Positions 40,590 to 53,470 of a DNA stretch of 64,000 bases are shown here, piece by piece. The notes under the pieces are model-generated. The model saw only the letters and a program-made list of their open reading frames with translations, ran no database searches and was not told the origin of the DNA. Position numbers and translations under genes: made by a program. This DNA is from Rhina ancylostomus. Its lineage: Eukaryota. How positions within the stretch are numbered: the stretch's first letter is position 1; each line of letters begins with the position of its first letter. The DNA lies in the NCBI GenBank assembly GCA_030265395.1, contig JARFYF010000119.1, forward strand, positions 37,574,276-37,638,275, given 5' to 3'.

Positions 40590-40975
40590 CAACATTTTGT
40601 ACTTTGTCTGTCAGAATCAGAGTCTGGGAGTAAGTTCCACTCCAGAGCCTTCAGCATGAAAATTCCAGAGTGTCACACTGTTGGAGGTACCAATTTTCCA
40701 GTGAGAGGCTAAACCACGGTGCCACCTACACTCTCAGATGGATGTAAAAGATCCTTTGTAAGGTCCCTCTGAAGGAGAGTAGCTCTCCTGGATAATATTT
40801 ATCCCTGAAACAAATCAAAAAATAGTTTATAACAACACTACTGTTTATGGGAGCTTGCTGTGCTCAAATTGCAATAGTAACAATAATTCAAAAGTTCTTT
40901 GCTGGCTGTAAGGCACTTTTGGAAGCCCTGAAAGGGATGTGAATGGTGGTGTATAAATCCACATCTTTCGTTTTT
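40590..40975 (+). mobile_element. Deu-domain SINE, near full length and decayed
   Basis: ctgttggaggtaccaattttccagtgagaggctaaacc...ctctcagatggatgtaaaagatcc...ctgtttatgggagcttgctgtgctcaaattg...ggctgtaaggcactttt. Confidence 0.7.
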
Positions 40976-43900
40976 TTCAAGATGCAGATCTGGCAAACTG
41001 CTGGTAGGGCAGGATATGCTTGTCAGCCAGCTGATTCCTGGGTTGCTCTCTTATCTTCCGCCCTTAGCTTGAGTATTCCGATGTTCACTCTGCCTCTATT
41101 TTTATTTGTTATTATATTTGTTTCTCTCCATTATGTTAGGTTAATATAACATGAGCCAATTAACTATCTGCTGTTTTCCTTTTAATTGCTCCATCAGGTA
41201 CCTGATTTCTCTCAGGTTTCTGTGGGCATTTCAGTCTCATTCACTTTGTTCCATTCCTTTTTCTCCCAAGTCTGGTGATGAGTTCCTCACAAATCGTCAG
41301 CTTCTATTCTCCGGAGAAAAGCTGATTGACATGCAGCATGTTGACATTTTGGAATATTCAAGGAGGGCCTGGACACTCTCACTTCTGATGCCATCAGCAC
41401 CTGTTTTAATATTGTAAAATGGTTAACAAGAACTGTCGAACAGAGAATCCCATTCAGACCAATATTTGGTTTGTCAGCACATAATTTTCCACTGCTGAAG
41501 TAAAACAAGATGAGTAATGAATTGAAATGCCATGTGAAAATGGAAAAAGTTTGCCTTTTTGGCCAGGTTAATGCTTTGATCACTGTGAACAGCCAAATCT
41601 TAAACCTTCACTGAATGACTCATTTTTGTAGACATAGCCTTGATATGACATGCACTGCACTCTGAATTCCATACACATAAACATATTTTCTCTATGCTGA
41701 CAAAGTAGAAATGATGTTCACTCTCCTTGTTTTACTTGTTTTGTTGTGGCAAAAGCCTGCTACTTTGTAAAGAGGAAAGTAAAATTACAAAAGATATATG
41801 GATACCTATTTGAGCCAGATATAGCTTTCTAGGTATTCTGAATTGAGGTCAGCAGAAAAATTAATGATGCTTTGACCAATTTATTTGTTGTGAATAAGAC
41901 TCCTGCTTAAGATAGATGATTATTTTCTCTTATATCAAATTAGAGGTGAACTACTGTTTGGGTTGTAACTGTGCCTTCTAATCATCAATGAACTGTAAGT
42001 CTATAATTTGCATTTGTGAATACAACACCAGTTTGTGAATGAATAGGGAAATTTGACATATTTCAAATTGTCTTTTCTATTTCTGTTAAATTTAATACAA
42101 ACATTTTCCCAATTTTCAGGTCTGAGGTGTTTTGCAAACACTATCTCACCATCTGTGCACCAACGCACCAACATGTAGACAAGTGTATCTTTCTTTGAGC
42201 TTGAAGGAAGTGACCTAAGTATAAATCTATGGGTACTCCAGACCTTTGAACTTCATCTAAAAAGCAGACATTTCAGTCATAAATACGTTGATGTTGCACT
42301 TGTTTTCCAAGTTCAAAACAGGCACTGAAATGTCCAACACAGCTGATAGAATACTTGCACATTCCGTTAAGTGCTCCATGAATCATATTGGTAGAGTCTG
42401 AAGTAAAGCATCCAGGGCCCTACATATAGAAGTAATTTCAACCCCTTACTATTGCAAACAGGTTGCCTAACATCTTTATCAGGACTAGTGTTGAAAATGG
42501 ACTGCCATGAGTGGGCTTGCTGTGTTACAATAATCAAATCTGCATGCAACCTAACCAACAGATCATAAAATGATTGCCGGAGGTGCATTTAAAAAATGCC
42601 TCATAATGGTGCTGGGCAAAGCAGAAATGTTCCTCTCTCCCCTATGCATCTAAACTTCCAGATTGACTCATTCCCTCCATGTAATTTCTGACCTCTCCAA
42701 GAACAAACATGGCAGCCTCTGAAATTTACTTTTGTTTCATGGGTTAGTTATCAAAGGATGTGTGGGTCAAAGCTAAATGTAGACCCATAGCAATAAGTCT
42801 TAGCTTGATCCAACATAGCACAAGGATAGTTTGCAGTATCTGGTTTGACTTGATTGGCTTGATTCAAGAACTTCTCAGGAGTCATTGTGGATGGGGTATT
42901 TTGATCCATTATCTAATGATACTGTTACTGCCATGGTGGATGACAGCAGCTAACTCAACTCAGACCAGCAATCACACTAATTGGAATGGCTCTATCCAGC
43001 TCAGAACATTCTACAAGTAAATCCACACCTGAGTTAAATTTCCACAGAACTTTATATAATGATTCAAACATTTTAAGATCTTATTTTATATAACAGTTCA
43101 AAATTTTAAGATCTGATGTGTACTGTTTTGGTTGCAGCTTATAAATTACCTGTCGTGTTATTGAATTAAATTAGGGAAAAAAGAGGTGGTTATTTTCTCA
43201 ATTAGTAGTTTGGTGTCCTCGTTTCTGAGATCCTAGCTTTAAAATGCTATTTGGACATTACTTCCAAGGGCTGCCAAAGGGAGACGGCAACAAAATATGT
43301 TACAGACATGCTAAAGCATGAAATCCATCATGAAAATTAAACAAGGGGTGAAGCAACACTCAATGCTGGCAATTCATCCAGAAATAAAACATTACAAAAT
43401 GCCATGATTTTTCAGATCTGTGAAATGTTGGCATGTCGGCAATACGAGAATAGCCTTTTTATGTGTCCAACTCTCATTGTGAACCATGTTAATGCTAATG
43501 CAACAGGATTTCACTGCATACATAGCACAAGCTATGAATGATACATTTGAATGTGTATTTCATGTCTGTATAAATAATATCTCTACACCAATTTGTTGGT
43601 GCAGTGCAGTAAGCTTACAATAAGCAAACCACCTCATTTTTTTTGTGATTGTTCTCACCGTGACACCCTGGTTCACTCACATGACTTGGTTAACAAATGA
43701 AATGCATTTGAATACCTTGTTATTTATTACACAAATTTAGTTGGAAAATGCAACATAGTACTTGAGAATACAACCTTCATATTTTTGTAAAAAATTCACT
43801 TTATCCCTATTAAGTGCAGGCATCACAATTAGCCTTCACTAGCAGCTGGGTAGTTTAAAACCTCAAGGAAACCTATAAAATCACAATAACGATGGCAATG

Positions 43901-44419
43901 GAATTTCCCTATTACCCAGCATGTAGACAATGTAGAACCAAGAAACATCTTTTGTGTGTTGAATACAAGTACAAAGTGTTCATCATTATTATGTAGAACT
44001 TCAGGACGGTGAAATTGGTCTTAGCCAATCGAAATAAATGGGCTCATAATTAATCTCAGAAGCCTATCATTCCCATTTTCTATTTCATTGAAGTCAGCAG
44101 AGAAGGGATCAGGCAGAAGTTAAATGGGCTGTCAGTTTGCTATGAGCCTTTTCGCATTGCTGGCACAGACCAATTTCACCCCCATACCATATGTTATGTT
44201 GATGTGAGATTGTTTTTTAATCTGCTGTATGAAGCCATATTNNNNNNNNNNNNNNNNNNNNNNNNNNNNNNNNNNNNNNNNNNNNNNNNNNNNNNNNNNN
44301 NNNNNNNNNNNNNNNNNNNNNNNNNNNNNNNNNNNNNNNNNTGCTGTATGAAGCCAGATTTATTTATCAATGTGTTACACTACAAACATTTATGTACTTT
44401 ATATCACAATCTAAGTTAT

Positions 44420-45480
44420 ATTTCTTCCCCTTAAGCAGTCCCTCGGGGGTCAGAGATAACTTGCTTCTAATCCAATCTGTGGATTCTGAGATGGCAGATG
44501 ATACCAATATGAGTCCTGCAGGCTCTGCCACATGGAGCAGGAGGTGCTCAGTGAGGCAGGCAGTTGGGTAATTAGGGAGATGGGTTACATCCATGTACTA
44601 CTCCTAAAAAATGGACTCAACCTCTTATGGACTTAAACCTCTCAACCTCTAAGTTGTCCTTCTCCACTTTGATGGGTTGTAGACCAAGGATTCCCATGAG
44701 TCAGTAGAAATGTTACAGTCCTTCAAGGTGGCACTGAGGACATCCTTCAACTTATGCCTCTGCCCTTCTGGTAATGTCTTGTTATGACAGAGCCAGGACT
44801 AGAATATCTGTATTAGGCATGTGAGCATTGTCACTTCCCGTCGGATCCAGCCAAGTGTAATTAGGGCCTCTATGCTTAACGTATTGGCCTGGAAGACAAC
44901 TGATATAAATGTGTTTATCCTGCCAATGGAGTTCAAGGCTTGTGGAGGCAGAACTGATGGCCCTGTCTGGTGCTTTGAGCTGCCTCCTGTAGTTGGTCCA
45001 TATTTCTGAATGCACGGGAGGGCAGCAATCACTGCTACCAAGTAGATCATGAGCTTTGTGGCTAGCGAGAGGTCGTAATCTTCACTCTTCTTCAGATAGC
45101 TTGTGCTGGTGCACTGAAAGTGATAGTGAATTTCATCATCATCGATGTCTGCCTTTGTTGAAAGGATCTTTTAAATGATGTTTATGGATTTTATTGCTGA
45201 GGGTGGCGTTGTACAGTGGAGGCATGTTGGTAGAGGACCTTTGATTTGTGGATGTTTAGTGGAAGGATCCTTCTCTACAGTTCAGTGAGTGAGTCGATGC
45301 TGGATGTGTGCTTATGCAAGTGACTGCAGCTCATTGTCTGAAATTGGAGTGATGTTTGTTCTGGAGTGAAGAACAAACCAAGGTGCAGCTTCCCAACCAT
45401 CCCGCAGATGAGCTCCACTCCAGTGGGAAGCTTGATGTAGGTGTGTGCAGCACTGCAGCAGGAAAGATTTTAAAAAGAGC
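44420..45480 (-). mobile_element. RTE-clade LINE fragment (may continue, decayed, to about 46700)
   Basis: Minus-strand peptides SEIWTNYRRQLKA, LHWQDK and VFQANTLSIEALITLG match the RTE ORF C-terminal region. Confidence 0.75.
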
Positions 45481-45579
45481 TGGGATGATGACAGTCACTG
45501 CACTGAGATTGGATCTATGGTGGACTCTTCAGTTAAGATGCATACTGCAATGTAGCAGACACGAGATGGAGTCAGATTT

Positions 45580-45880
45580 TAGTAGGCAGCTAGAATTGAG
45601 AAGGATGTTTCAGAGTCCCTTTCAACTGACAGAGTCAAAGATTTTTGTGAGGTTCAAAAGGACCATTGAAGGTTATTGATGTCATTCTGTGTCTTTCACT
45701 TAGATTTGACTTCCAGTGAAGCTCCTTCCAAATGACATGGATGGAATGGGCTGAATGGTTCCTCTTGTGTCCCATTTCTGATGAAAGGCTAATGCTCTTT
45801 CCCTCCCCACTGATGCTGCCTGATCTGCTGATTATTTCCAACTTCCTGTTTTTATGTCAGATTTACAGTATCCATAGTAT
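45580..45880 (+). mobile_element. CR1 tail followed by a Penelope-derived terminus
   Basis: ggatggaatgggctgaatggttcctcttgtg, then ctgatgaaagg...gatgctgcctgatctgctgattatttccaac. Confidence 0.55.
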
Positions 45881-46892
45881 TTCATTTAGGTTTACCAGGA
45901 ACCACACGTTCCTTCATTTGCTGGACATTCATTTACTCTGACTTCAGGCAGATGACTACCATGGTGATTAGTGTACACTTAGGGAGCTCTGATGACTATC
46001 ATCACGCCAGACCAATGGGTTACTCTCAGACCACTTGTTGCACATATCCCCGGTCCAAGGAATCTCTCCAGTACACTCCAAAGAGAGTGCTGTCTTCATT
46101 GTTGATCATTTATGTGTCCACGTGAACACATTTTTTGAAGGCAAGAACAATCCAATTTATCAGTCCACACTATATTTATACACCAGTCAAGACATGGTGC
46201 ATGCCACAGTGCCTGTCATTCACTTGTATTCACCTGACCTACTGGGTTGAGGCAATGCCCCTTCAGTGGCTTCAGCCAATCTGTTGACTCGTAGTGAAGG
46301 AGACTGTAAATATCTAAGTAGGACAACCTCAAGCTTGCTTGGCAGATATCTGAACTTCCATCGCCGAACTCGGGCATCAGGCAACATTCACCGGCATCAC
46401 AATGAAGAAGCTGAGATCTCAGCCAATAGATGATGTACCTTGCTGTGTTGCCAAGTTTTGAACTGGGCCTGTTACCTCTTCCACCCCAGACAGGATGAGT
46501 TCTGGAGTCTGCACAAAGGTGTGTGCAAAATAACACCTGAATCCCCTTCAATCCTTTGATGTTTCATGCAGGCATTCAGGCAGGGCTACAAATTGCCTCA
46601 GGCATCTCATTGTGCATACCCAGAGCTGACAGTTGTGGGCTGTCCAGTCACAGGCCACATCTGCGTGCATTGCAAGATGCCTTATATACAAACCTCAAGC
46701 ATTAGCAAGCTGGCCATCCATTCTGTCTGTTGTCAGTGTTATGCCCTTCTTAGTTTGTCCTCTCTGAGCTACACATTCAGTACAATGCTCTCTATAATGT
46801 CCCCATTATTACACAAGAATATACTGCCCCCAGTATAATTCTCTCCCATATTCTGTACTCAGTGTAATGCTCTGCAAACTCTGCTCCCTATA

Positions 46893-46990
46893 AGTCCTGA
46901 TGAAGGGTCTCGACCCAAAACATCGACTGTTTATTTCCCTCCATAAATGCTGCCTGACCTGCTGAGTTCCTCCAGCATTTTGTATGTACT
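46893..46990 (+). mobile_element. Penelope-derived terminus carrying a decayed minimal hammerhead ribozyme motif
   Basis: agtc-CTGATGA-a-gggtc-tc-gaccc-AAAAC-atc-gact, followed by the conserved tail tgctgcctgacctgctgagttcctccagca. Confidence 0.7.
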
Positions 46991-47503
46991 GCTTCCTGTA
47001 AACTACCCTCAGTCCTCTATCCTCAGTGTAATGCTCATCAAAATCTGCCCTTAGTGTAATACCATCTAACCTCCTCAGTGCAATGCTTTCCATTCTCTCT
47101 CCAAAGGATAATGCTCTTGATATATTTGTCTCAGTATAATATTCCCTGTATAATAATGCAGTCTATTCTCTGTCCTCAACATAGTACCCAAACTCTAACT
47201 CAGCATAATGTTCTGAATACCCTGCTCAGTTTTGTGCAATCCTTACACTGCTCTCTATACACTCCATAATCGGACCTATGTGTAATATTCTCCATTATTT
47301 GACCACAGCATAATGAACTCAGTGCAATGCTCTCCATCCCTTGACCTTAGTGTAATTTTGTCAGTACCCTGATCTCGGTGAATGCCCTTCATACTCCGCT
47401 GCAGGTGTAATGCTCACCAGACTCTAACAGTGTAATATTCTCCAAACTCTATGTACTCAGTGTACAGCTATCCAAACTTCACTCTCAGTGTAATAGACAC
47501 TGT

Positions 47504-47798
47504 CACGGTAGTGTAGCAGTTAGCGCAACACTATTACAACGCCAGTGACCCAGGTTCAATTCCAGCCACTGTCTGTAAGGAGTTTGTATGTTCTCCCCTT
47601 GTCTGCGTGGGTATTCTCCAGGTGCTCTGGTTTCCTCCCACGTTCTAAAGATGTACAGGTTAGGAAGTTGTGGGNNNNNNNNNNNNNNNNNNNNNNNNNN
47701 NNNNNNNNNNNNNNNNNNNNNNNNNNNNNNNNNNNNNNCATTTCACTGTGTGTGTGTCATTGTGCATGTGACTAATAAAGATATCTCATCTCATCTCT
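47504..47798 (+). mobile_element. tRNA-derived SINE with V-domain core and LINE-like tail (gap inside)
   Basis: A-box-like tagtgtagcag, B box ggttcaattcc (47553-47563), core ggtttcctcccacgttctaaaga, tail catgtgactaataaagatatctcatctcatct. Confidence 0.85.
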
Positions 47799-48898
47799 CT
47801 CAATGTACTGCTCTCTGTTTTCTGCCCATAATGTAATGGTCTCCATCTACTGTTATGTCAATGTACTGCTTCCTGTCTTCTCTCCACATTATTAGGCTCT
47901 TCATACTCTGACCTCAATGTAGTGGTCCCCCAGAATGCCCCCAGTGTAATGCCCTCCATATTCTGACCTCATTGTAATATTGTCTGTACTCTGCCCTCAG
48001 TGTATTGCTGACTCTGCTCTGCTCTCAGGATAATGCTGTTCTCTACTTTGTTATGCTCACCATACTCCACATTCAGTTTACTGCTCTCCCTATTCTGACC
48101 TCAGTCAGCACTCTCTGTTGTCTGCCCTCTGTGCAATATTCTTGATACTCTGATTTCTCTGTATTGTGTTCTGACTCCTGCCTTTAGTGCAAGGCTCTCT
48201 TTCCCTGCCTTTGGTATAATGCTTCCTAAATACAGCACTCAGGGTAATGGTCTCCAAAATCTGCCAGCAATGTAATATCCTCTCTAGTTGGTCCAGGGGC
48301 ATGCTCTCCATTATCTAACCTGGTGTAATGCACTATGTTCTCTCTCCATTTATTAATGATCTATATGTACTGCCCTCGGTGCTATACCTTCCATAACCTG
48401 CTGTAGGCCTAATGCTATTTGTACTCTCATTAAATGGGATGCTCTGTACTGTGCTCAGTGTAATCTTCTCCATTACTTTATTGTAAAGTTCCCCACGTTC
48501 TCAGTTTACTTAGTGTAATGCCCTCCATATTCTATCTCTGTGTAATACATTCTGCTTTCCTTTATTCTGCTCTTAAAGTAATGCTTCACGCTACCTGCCT
48601 CAGCATAATGCTGTCTGTACTCAATCCTCTATGTAGTTCACCCTTTGCTCTGCCCTCACTAAAATAATCTTCACAAACTGCTTTGAGTGTAATGATCTCC
48701 CTTCCCTTCCTTCAATGTAACATTCACCATGCTCTAACTCAGTGTAACACTAACAGTTCTCTACCCACAGCATAACTGTCTGTTTATAACCCTCAGAGTA
48801 CTACAGTCCATACCCCACAGTGTAATACTCTGTGTACTCTGCCTTCAGTATAATGCTCCTTTTGGTACCTACCAGATATTTTAACAGCCAAGTGCGGG

Positions 48899-49048
48899 GA
48901 GCTTTAACAATATTAAGCACGGTATCATGGGAGTCTCTTGTGTGCATTTTTATTTGCTGTAGTCAGGTTAATGAGCCCACCAGCCCACTTAATGTTGAGG
49001 GCCTTGCAACAAAGAATTCTCTCATTAAACACTGCTGGCATTGCGTTC
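48899..49048 (+). repeat. 150-bp direct duplicate of 50150-50299
   Basis: Three mismatches in 150 nt by direct comparison. Confidence 0.92.
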
Positions 49049-52000
49049 TATTCATTGTAAAGCTCTCCGCACTTTGTCCTCACTGCCTGCACTCTGTGTC
49101 TGTCCACTGTAATGCTCTCCATGTCCTAACTTAGTCTAATACATTCTGCACTCTATCCTCAGTATAATCCATACTCCGGAGTCCAACACTCTCCATGCTC
49201 TTTCCTCAGTGTAATGTTCCCCACAATCTGTCTTTAGTGTAATCCATTCTATAATCTGTCCTCAGTGTAATGTTCCCCATAATCTGTCTTCAGTGTAATG
49301 CTTTACATAATCTGCCTTCAGTGTAATCCTCTCCAATAATCTGCCCCTGTATAATGTTACCCATAATTTGCCCCCAGTGTAATGCTTGCCATAATCTGCC
49401 CTCAGTATAATGGTCTCCATAATCTGCCCCCAGTGTAATGCTCACCAGACTCTGTTCTCAGTGTAATGCCCTCCATACGCTGTCCTCAATGCTGTTTTCT
49501 CTATACTCCGTCTTCAGTGTAATGTTGTCTGCACTCTGCCTCACTATAATACTCCCCATACTTTGAACAGTGTGCAGTGCTGTGTACTCTGATCTGTTTA
49601 CTGCTCCATGCTCAGTGCACAATAAAATGGTCTCTGTAGATAGTATTGAATGAATTGCTCTGTAGATTGTATTAAATGCATTGTTCTGTATATTCTAGGC
49701 TTCAAATGATTCATTGTGACTTGTTATTATTTATTATTAGTAAAATACAATGGAAGTCTTGCCCAAGAATGGAGAAAATTCCATCTGCCTTAGTAGATAT
49801 GTAATTAATCAAATGTATAAGCTTTTAGCTTTTTATATAACAATGGATGCAGTCACAATTTACATGTGGAATATACCAAACCCTGTAGCCATTACAAAAG
49901 TGTGGCAGTCAATGGCACAAAAGTAACAAACCTCTGTGTAAGAAAATAAAATACCACATGCTAATACAACCTCCAATGTTGTCTCATCCAATGTGCTAAG
50001 TTTCTGTTCAATTATTCCTAGTGCCGAAAGAGACATATTTTTAATACAATATGCAAATAATGTAAACACGTAATCTGTATATACTAAGCTGGTTTGTGTT
50101 AAGACTTTGCCTCAATGCTCACTGATGGATCACCATACAACCAAGCAGAGAGCTTTAACAACATTAAGCACGGTATCATGGGAGTCTCTTGTGTGCATTT
50201 TTATTTGCTGCAGTCAGGTTAATGAGCCCACCAGCCCACTTAATGTTGAGGGCCTTGCAACAAAGAATTCTCTCATTAAACACTCCTGGCATTGCGTTCG
50301 GAAACAAAGTGACATTCAAAGTGTTGAATGCCTTTGTGCTGGTTGTTACTGCCAGGCTGCAGAGCCAGTCATGGCATCGATCCTACAATGTCCTGGCAGC
50401 CATCCAGTGACACGCCGGCCTCTCCAGTGTGCAGCGGCATTTGCCAATCTAAGCAACATCAGTATACAAACAAGCATGGCACACGACAAGCCTGGACAGC
50501 AGCCAATATGGAGCAGCTGAGTGGGCTGACTTTCTTCTAATGCGTCTGAAATCAAGTCCTCCCTGTTCATTGAATTCTCTTCTTGTGATTTGTTTACATT
50601 TTCACAATAAGTACAAAAATAGCATTTGTGAAGCATCCATTTCCTCTCTGGACTTATAACCTATTGTTCTTTATAAACTGCTAGAAATGTAATATTTCCC
50701 AGAGCACCACCAAAATCTCTAATGCAAAACAATCTCTTCACTGGCGTGACCCAAAATGTTATCAGCTAGCTGGTAAGTGTGTCTCTTTATCACAGTCTCA
50801 CATGCACTAATGCACGCTGGGTAAAACCCTTAACTTGTGATTCAGTTTAAACCTGAATTATTCATGAGATTCAGTGTTTGCATTTCAGCACCGTTTTCAC
50901 TAGGAAAGACATAATTAAAATGAGGGTTATAAAGCTTACTTTCTTAATACAAATGTAATGCACAGCTAAAAACATTTTAAAAAATAATTTCCATATTCAA
51001 TCTTTGGTTTTCCATTATGGCCAAATTATTTGCCTTCAACTTGACTTTGGAGGAGAAAACAGAATATTCACAAGTCATGCCATTTTGTAATTAAAATGTT
51101 GCCACATTAATGAATAAGAAAAAAGATATTACACTACCCAAATATATTTTGAGATCTTGGCATTAATAACATCAGAAGCATTAATGTAACTCACAGTCCT
51201 GCCTTCCCAACACTAACTAGTGGAATGTTCTCATCCTCTTTACTCTTGCTTTCTTCAACATTACAGGCAGTTCTTGGCATTGTCTTGTCACACATACACA
51301 CCAATGCCACCTGCAAGACCGTGCATTTGAACTTTTGAACATTTCCAGAAGTTCCAACACACCCTGTATTTAGGCATTTGCCAATATTAATCCACACAAA
51401 CAATTCAATCCTTGCAGTTCATTTGCACACAGTCTTATATCCATAGAAGCTGTGAAGCCATTAATTTATCTGAATAAGGATGGGAACACAGTCGATTCTG
51501 AACAATTCGCCAATGTTTGAATTTCACTTACATTATTCACTAAGTTCTCAGATATCCTTTGCAGAATCGAATTACTCTGAACGCGAACATAAATTTTAAG
51601 ACAATTCAAAGCACGTACCAACAGTGAGCCAGTGGGTAATTCTGAGTTTGCCATATTCTTAGGCCTGGGGTTACAAGGGTTAAGAACTTTTCATGAAAGA
51701 AGCCTGCATCTTCCAACAGCTATTTATGGAATTTGCAGAAACAGCTGAGCTGACTGCAATGATGTCATTCACTGCTGGAATGTTTAGTCCCACAGCACGC
51801 TCACAAGCCGCCTGGGTTTCCAGAAGACTTTGCATGCAGCCTGAGCAGCAACACATTATGAAGCTGAGGCTCTCGTTCAGCAGCACCAATCAATATCACA
51901 CTGCTGATTCTCGCCTGATCTCTCACCTCTGCAACACACTGCTGGGAAAGCTCTGGGCCTCACTGACAGTCAGAGAAAGCTACCCCAGTACAGCTGTAGG

Positions 52001-52259
52001 CTCCACAATCTGTCAAAGTTCAATTTTTTTGGAATAAAGCCCACACTGATAACAACATTAGACAGTCAATTCTACCTCCACTAGTTATGTATTTTCTATG
52101 TTTTGGCTGTCCATTGTCAAGCCATTTTAAGGCACTTAATTGATTACAGTCTGTTCTTTGTACTGAATCTTTTAAATTATCCGTTGAAAAAGTCGGAACT
52201 TCCTCTCCCCTTGCATATAGTTCTCAGCCTTTGGGCATTTTCACTGTCCCTAAAAGCAC

Positions 52260-52296
52260 ATAGTTGCCTAGCAACTATCATGGTTGCCATGGTGAA
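52260..52296. promoter_or_regulatory. Tandem RFX X-box-like sites
   Basis: GTTGCCTAGCAAC (52263-52275, within the palindrome atagttgc-cta-gcaactat) and GTTGCCATGGTGAA (52283-52296). Confidence 0.5.
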
Positions 52297-53127
52297 TCCA
52301 TGTGTAAGCAGCTGCTGCAATCAGCATTAACACCAGGCTTGCAGGCAAATCATACCGATACACAAGGGAATGTGCAGAGGGAAACTGCAGAAAAAGGGAT
52401 GGGACTATATCATGTTACTCATTAAACAGATATTCCAGTTTCTATTTCTCCGAGTCATTATTATTCTAACCAAAAACAACAGTACAAAATAGGCTACATT
52501 TCAAAAGCATTCAAGTGAAACAAGCCTAATATTTGGCGCAGTCTGTTTTCCCACAAATTTTTCCTCAGATGCATTTGAAGCAAATCAGATTAACCTCTCC
52601 AAGTATACATTTGGATCTGCAGGAAAACAATATCACTCCCATCCCAGCTATCTTTTACGATCTGGGTTTAGTGATAATTTTTTAACCCAAGTTCTAGTGA
52701 AAATATGGTAAGTTAGAGTAAAAGCTTCAAGTTATTATGCATTAAATCTATAGTACATGGTAGCAATATATTGCCTGTCTATGATATTTGATTTTACTGT
52801 GATGTTGCTCTTGCATTTCAGAAGAGGTTAAATTATTAGCAATGAGCCTGAGCATTGGGAACATTTCAGAATTCTTCAAAAGAGGACTGAGGCAAGGGAA
52901 AATTGAATATGAGAGCAGGCTGGTGAGAAACCAAATTCAGATTATAAGAGATTCTAAAGACATGCAAAAAATAAAAGATCAGTTGAAGTCCCTTACAGAC
53001 TGAAACAAGATAAATTATTTTTGGGAATTAATGGGACTGAAAGGAAATAAATCTTTAGGACTTGCCCTGCATCCCAAGGTTTTGAAGGAGGTGGCTGTGA
53101 ATATAATAGATACACTGGTTGTCATTT

Positions 53128-53470
53128 TCAGAATCAGAATTCAGAATCAAGTTTATTATCACTGACATATGTCATGAAATTTGTTGTTTGGTGGCAGCAG
53201 TACAGTGCAAGACACAAAGACATAAAAAATTACTATAAGTTACAAAAACAAATAAATAGTGTAAAAGGGGAATAATGAGATAGTGTTCATGGGTTCATGG
53301 ACCATTCAGAAATCTGATGGTAGAGGGGAAAAAGCTGTTCCTGAAACGGTGAGTGTGGGTCTTCAGGCTCCTGATGGTAGTAACGTGAAGAGGGCATGTC
53401 CCAGGTGGTGAGGGTCCTTAATGATGGATACTGCCTTCTTGAGGCACTGCCTCTTGAAGACGTCCTCGAT
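53128..53470 (-). mobile_element. Rex/Babar-like LINE 3' fragment inserted in CR1
   Basis: Reversed tail cagaatcagaattcagaatcaagtttattatcactgac, and gggtccttaatgatggatactgccttcttgaggcactgcc, homologous to 1220-1270. Confidence 0.75.

Larger units (their letters stand above)
46770..49580. repeat. Minisatellite with a 28-bp unit (ctcagtgtaatgctctccatactctgcc-like), interrupted by three insertions
   Basis: cagtgtaatg recurs with a period of about 28 nt. The most regular units are at 49200-49490, e.g. ctcagtgtaatgttccccataatctgtc. Confidence 0.88.

Noticed and set aside
41270-41395. Possible C/D-box snoRNA (TGATGA...CTGA with an internal hairpin)
   Set aside because: The terminal stem is weak, I recognise no rRNA or snRNA guide, and no host intron is evident.
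44222-44360. Direct repeat tgctgtatgaagcca on both sides of a gap
   Set aside because: Identical sequence at both edges of a 100-N gap most likely reflects unmerged contig overlap.
47504-47575. tRNA gene
   Set aside because: A and B boxes are present but continue into a SINE core and tail, so this is a SINE head. The same holds for 57210-57279.
46770-49580. CRISPR-like array (recurring 28-nt motif)
   Set aside because: Units are contiguous and degenerate with no unique spacers, there are no cas genes, and the context is vertebrate. It is a minisatellite.
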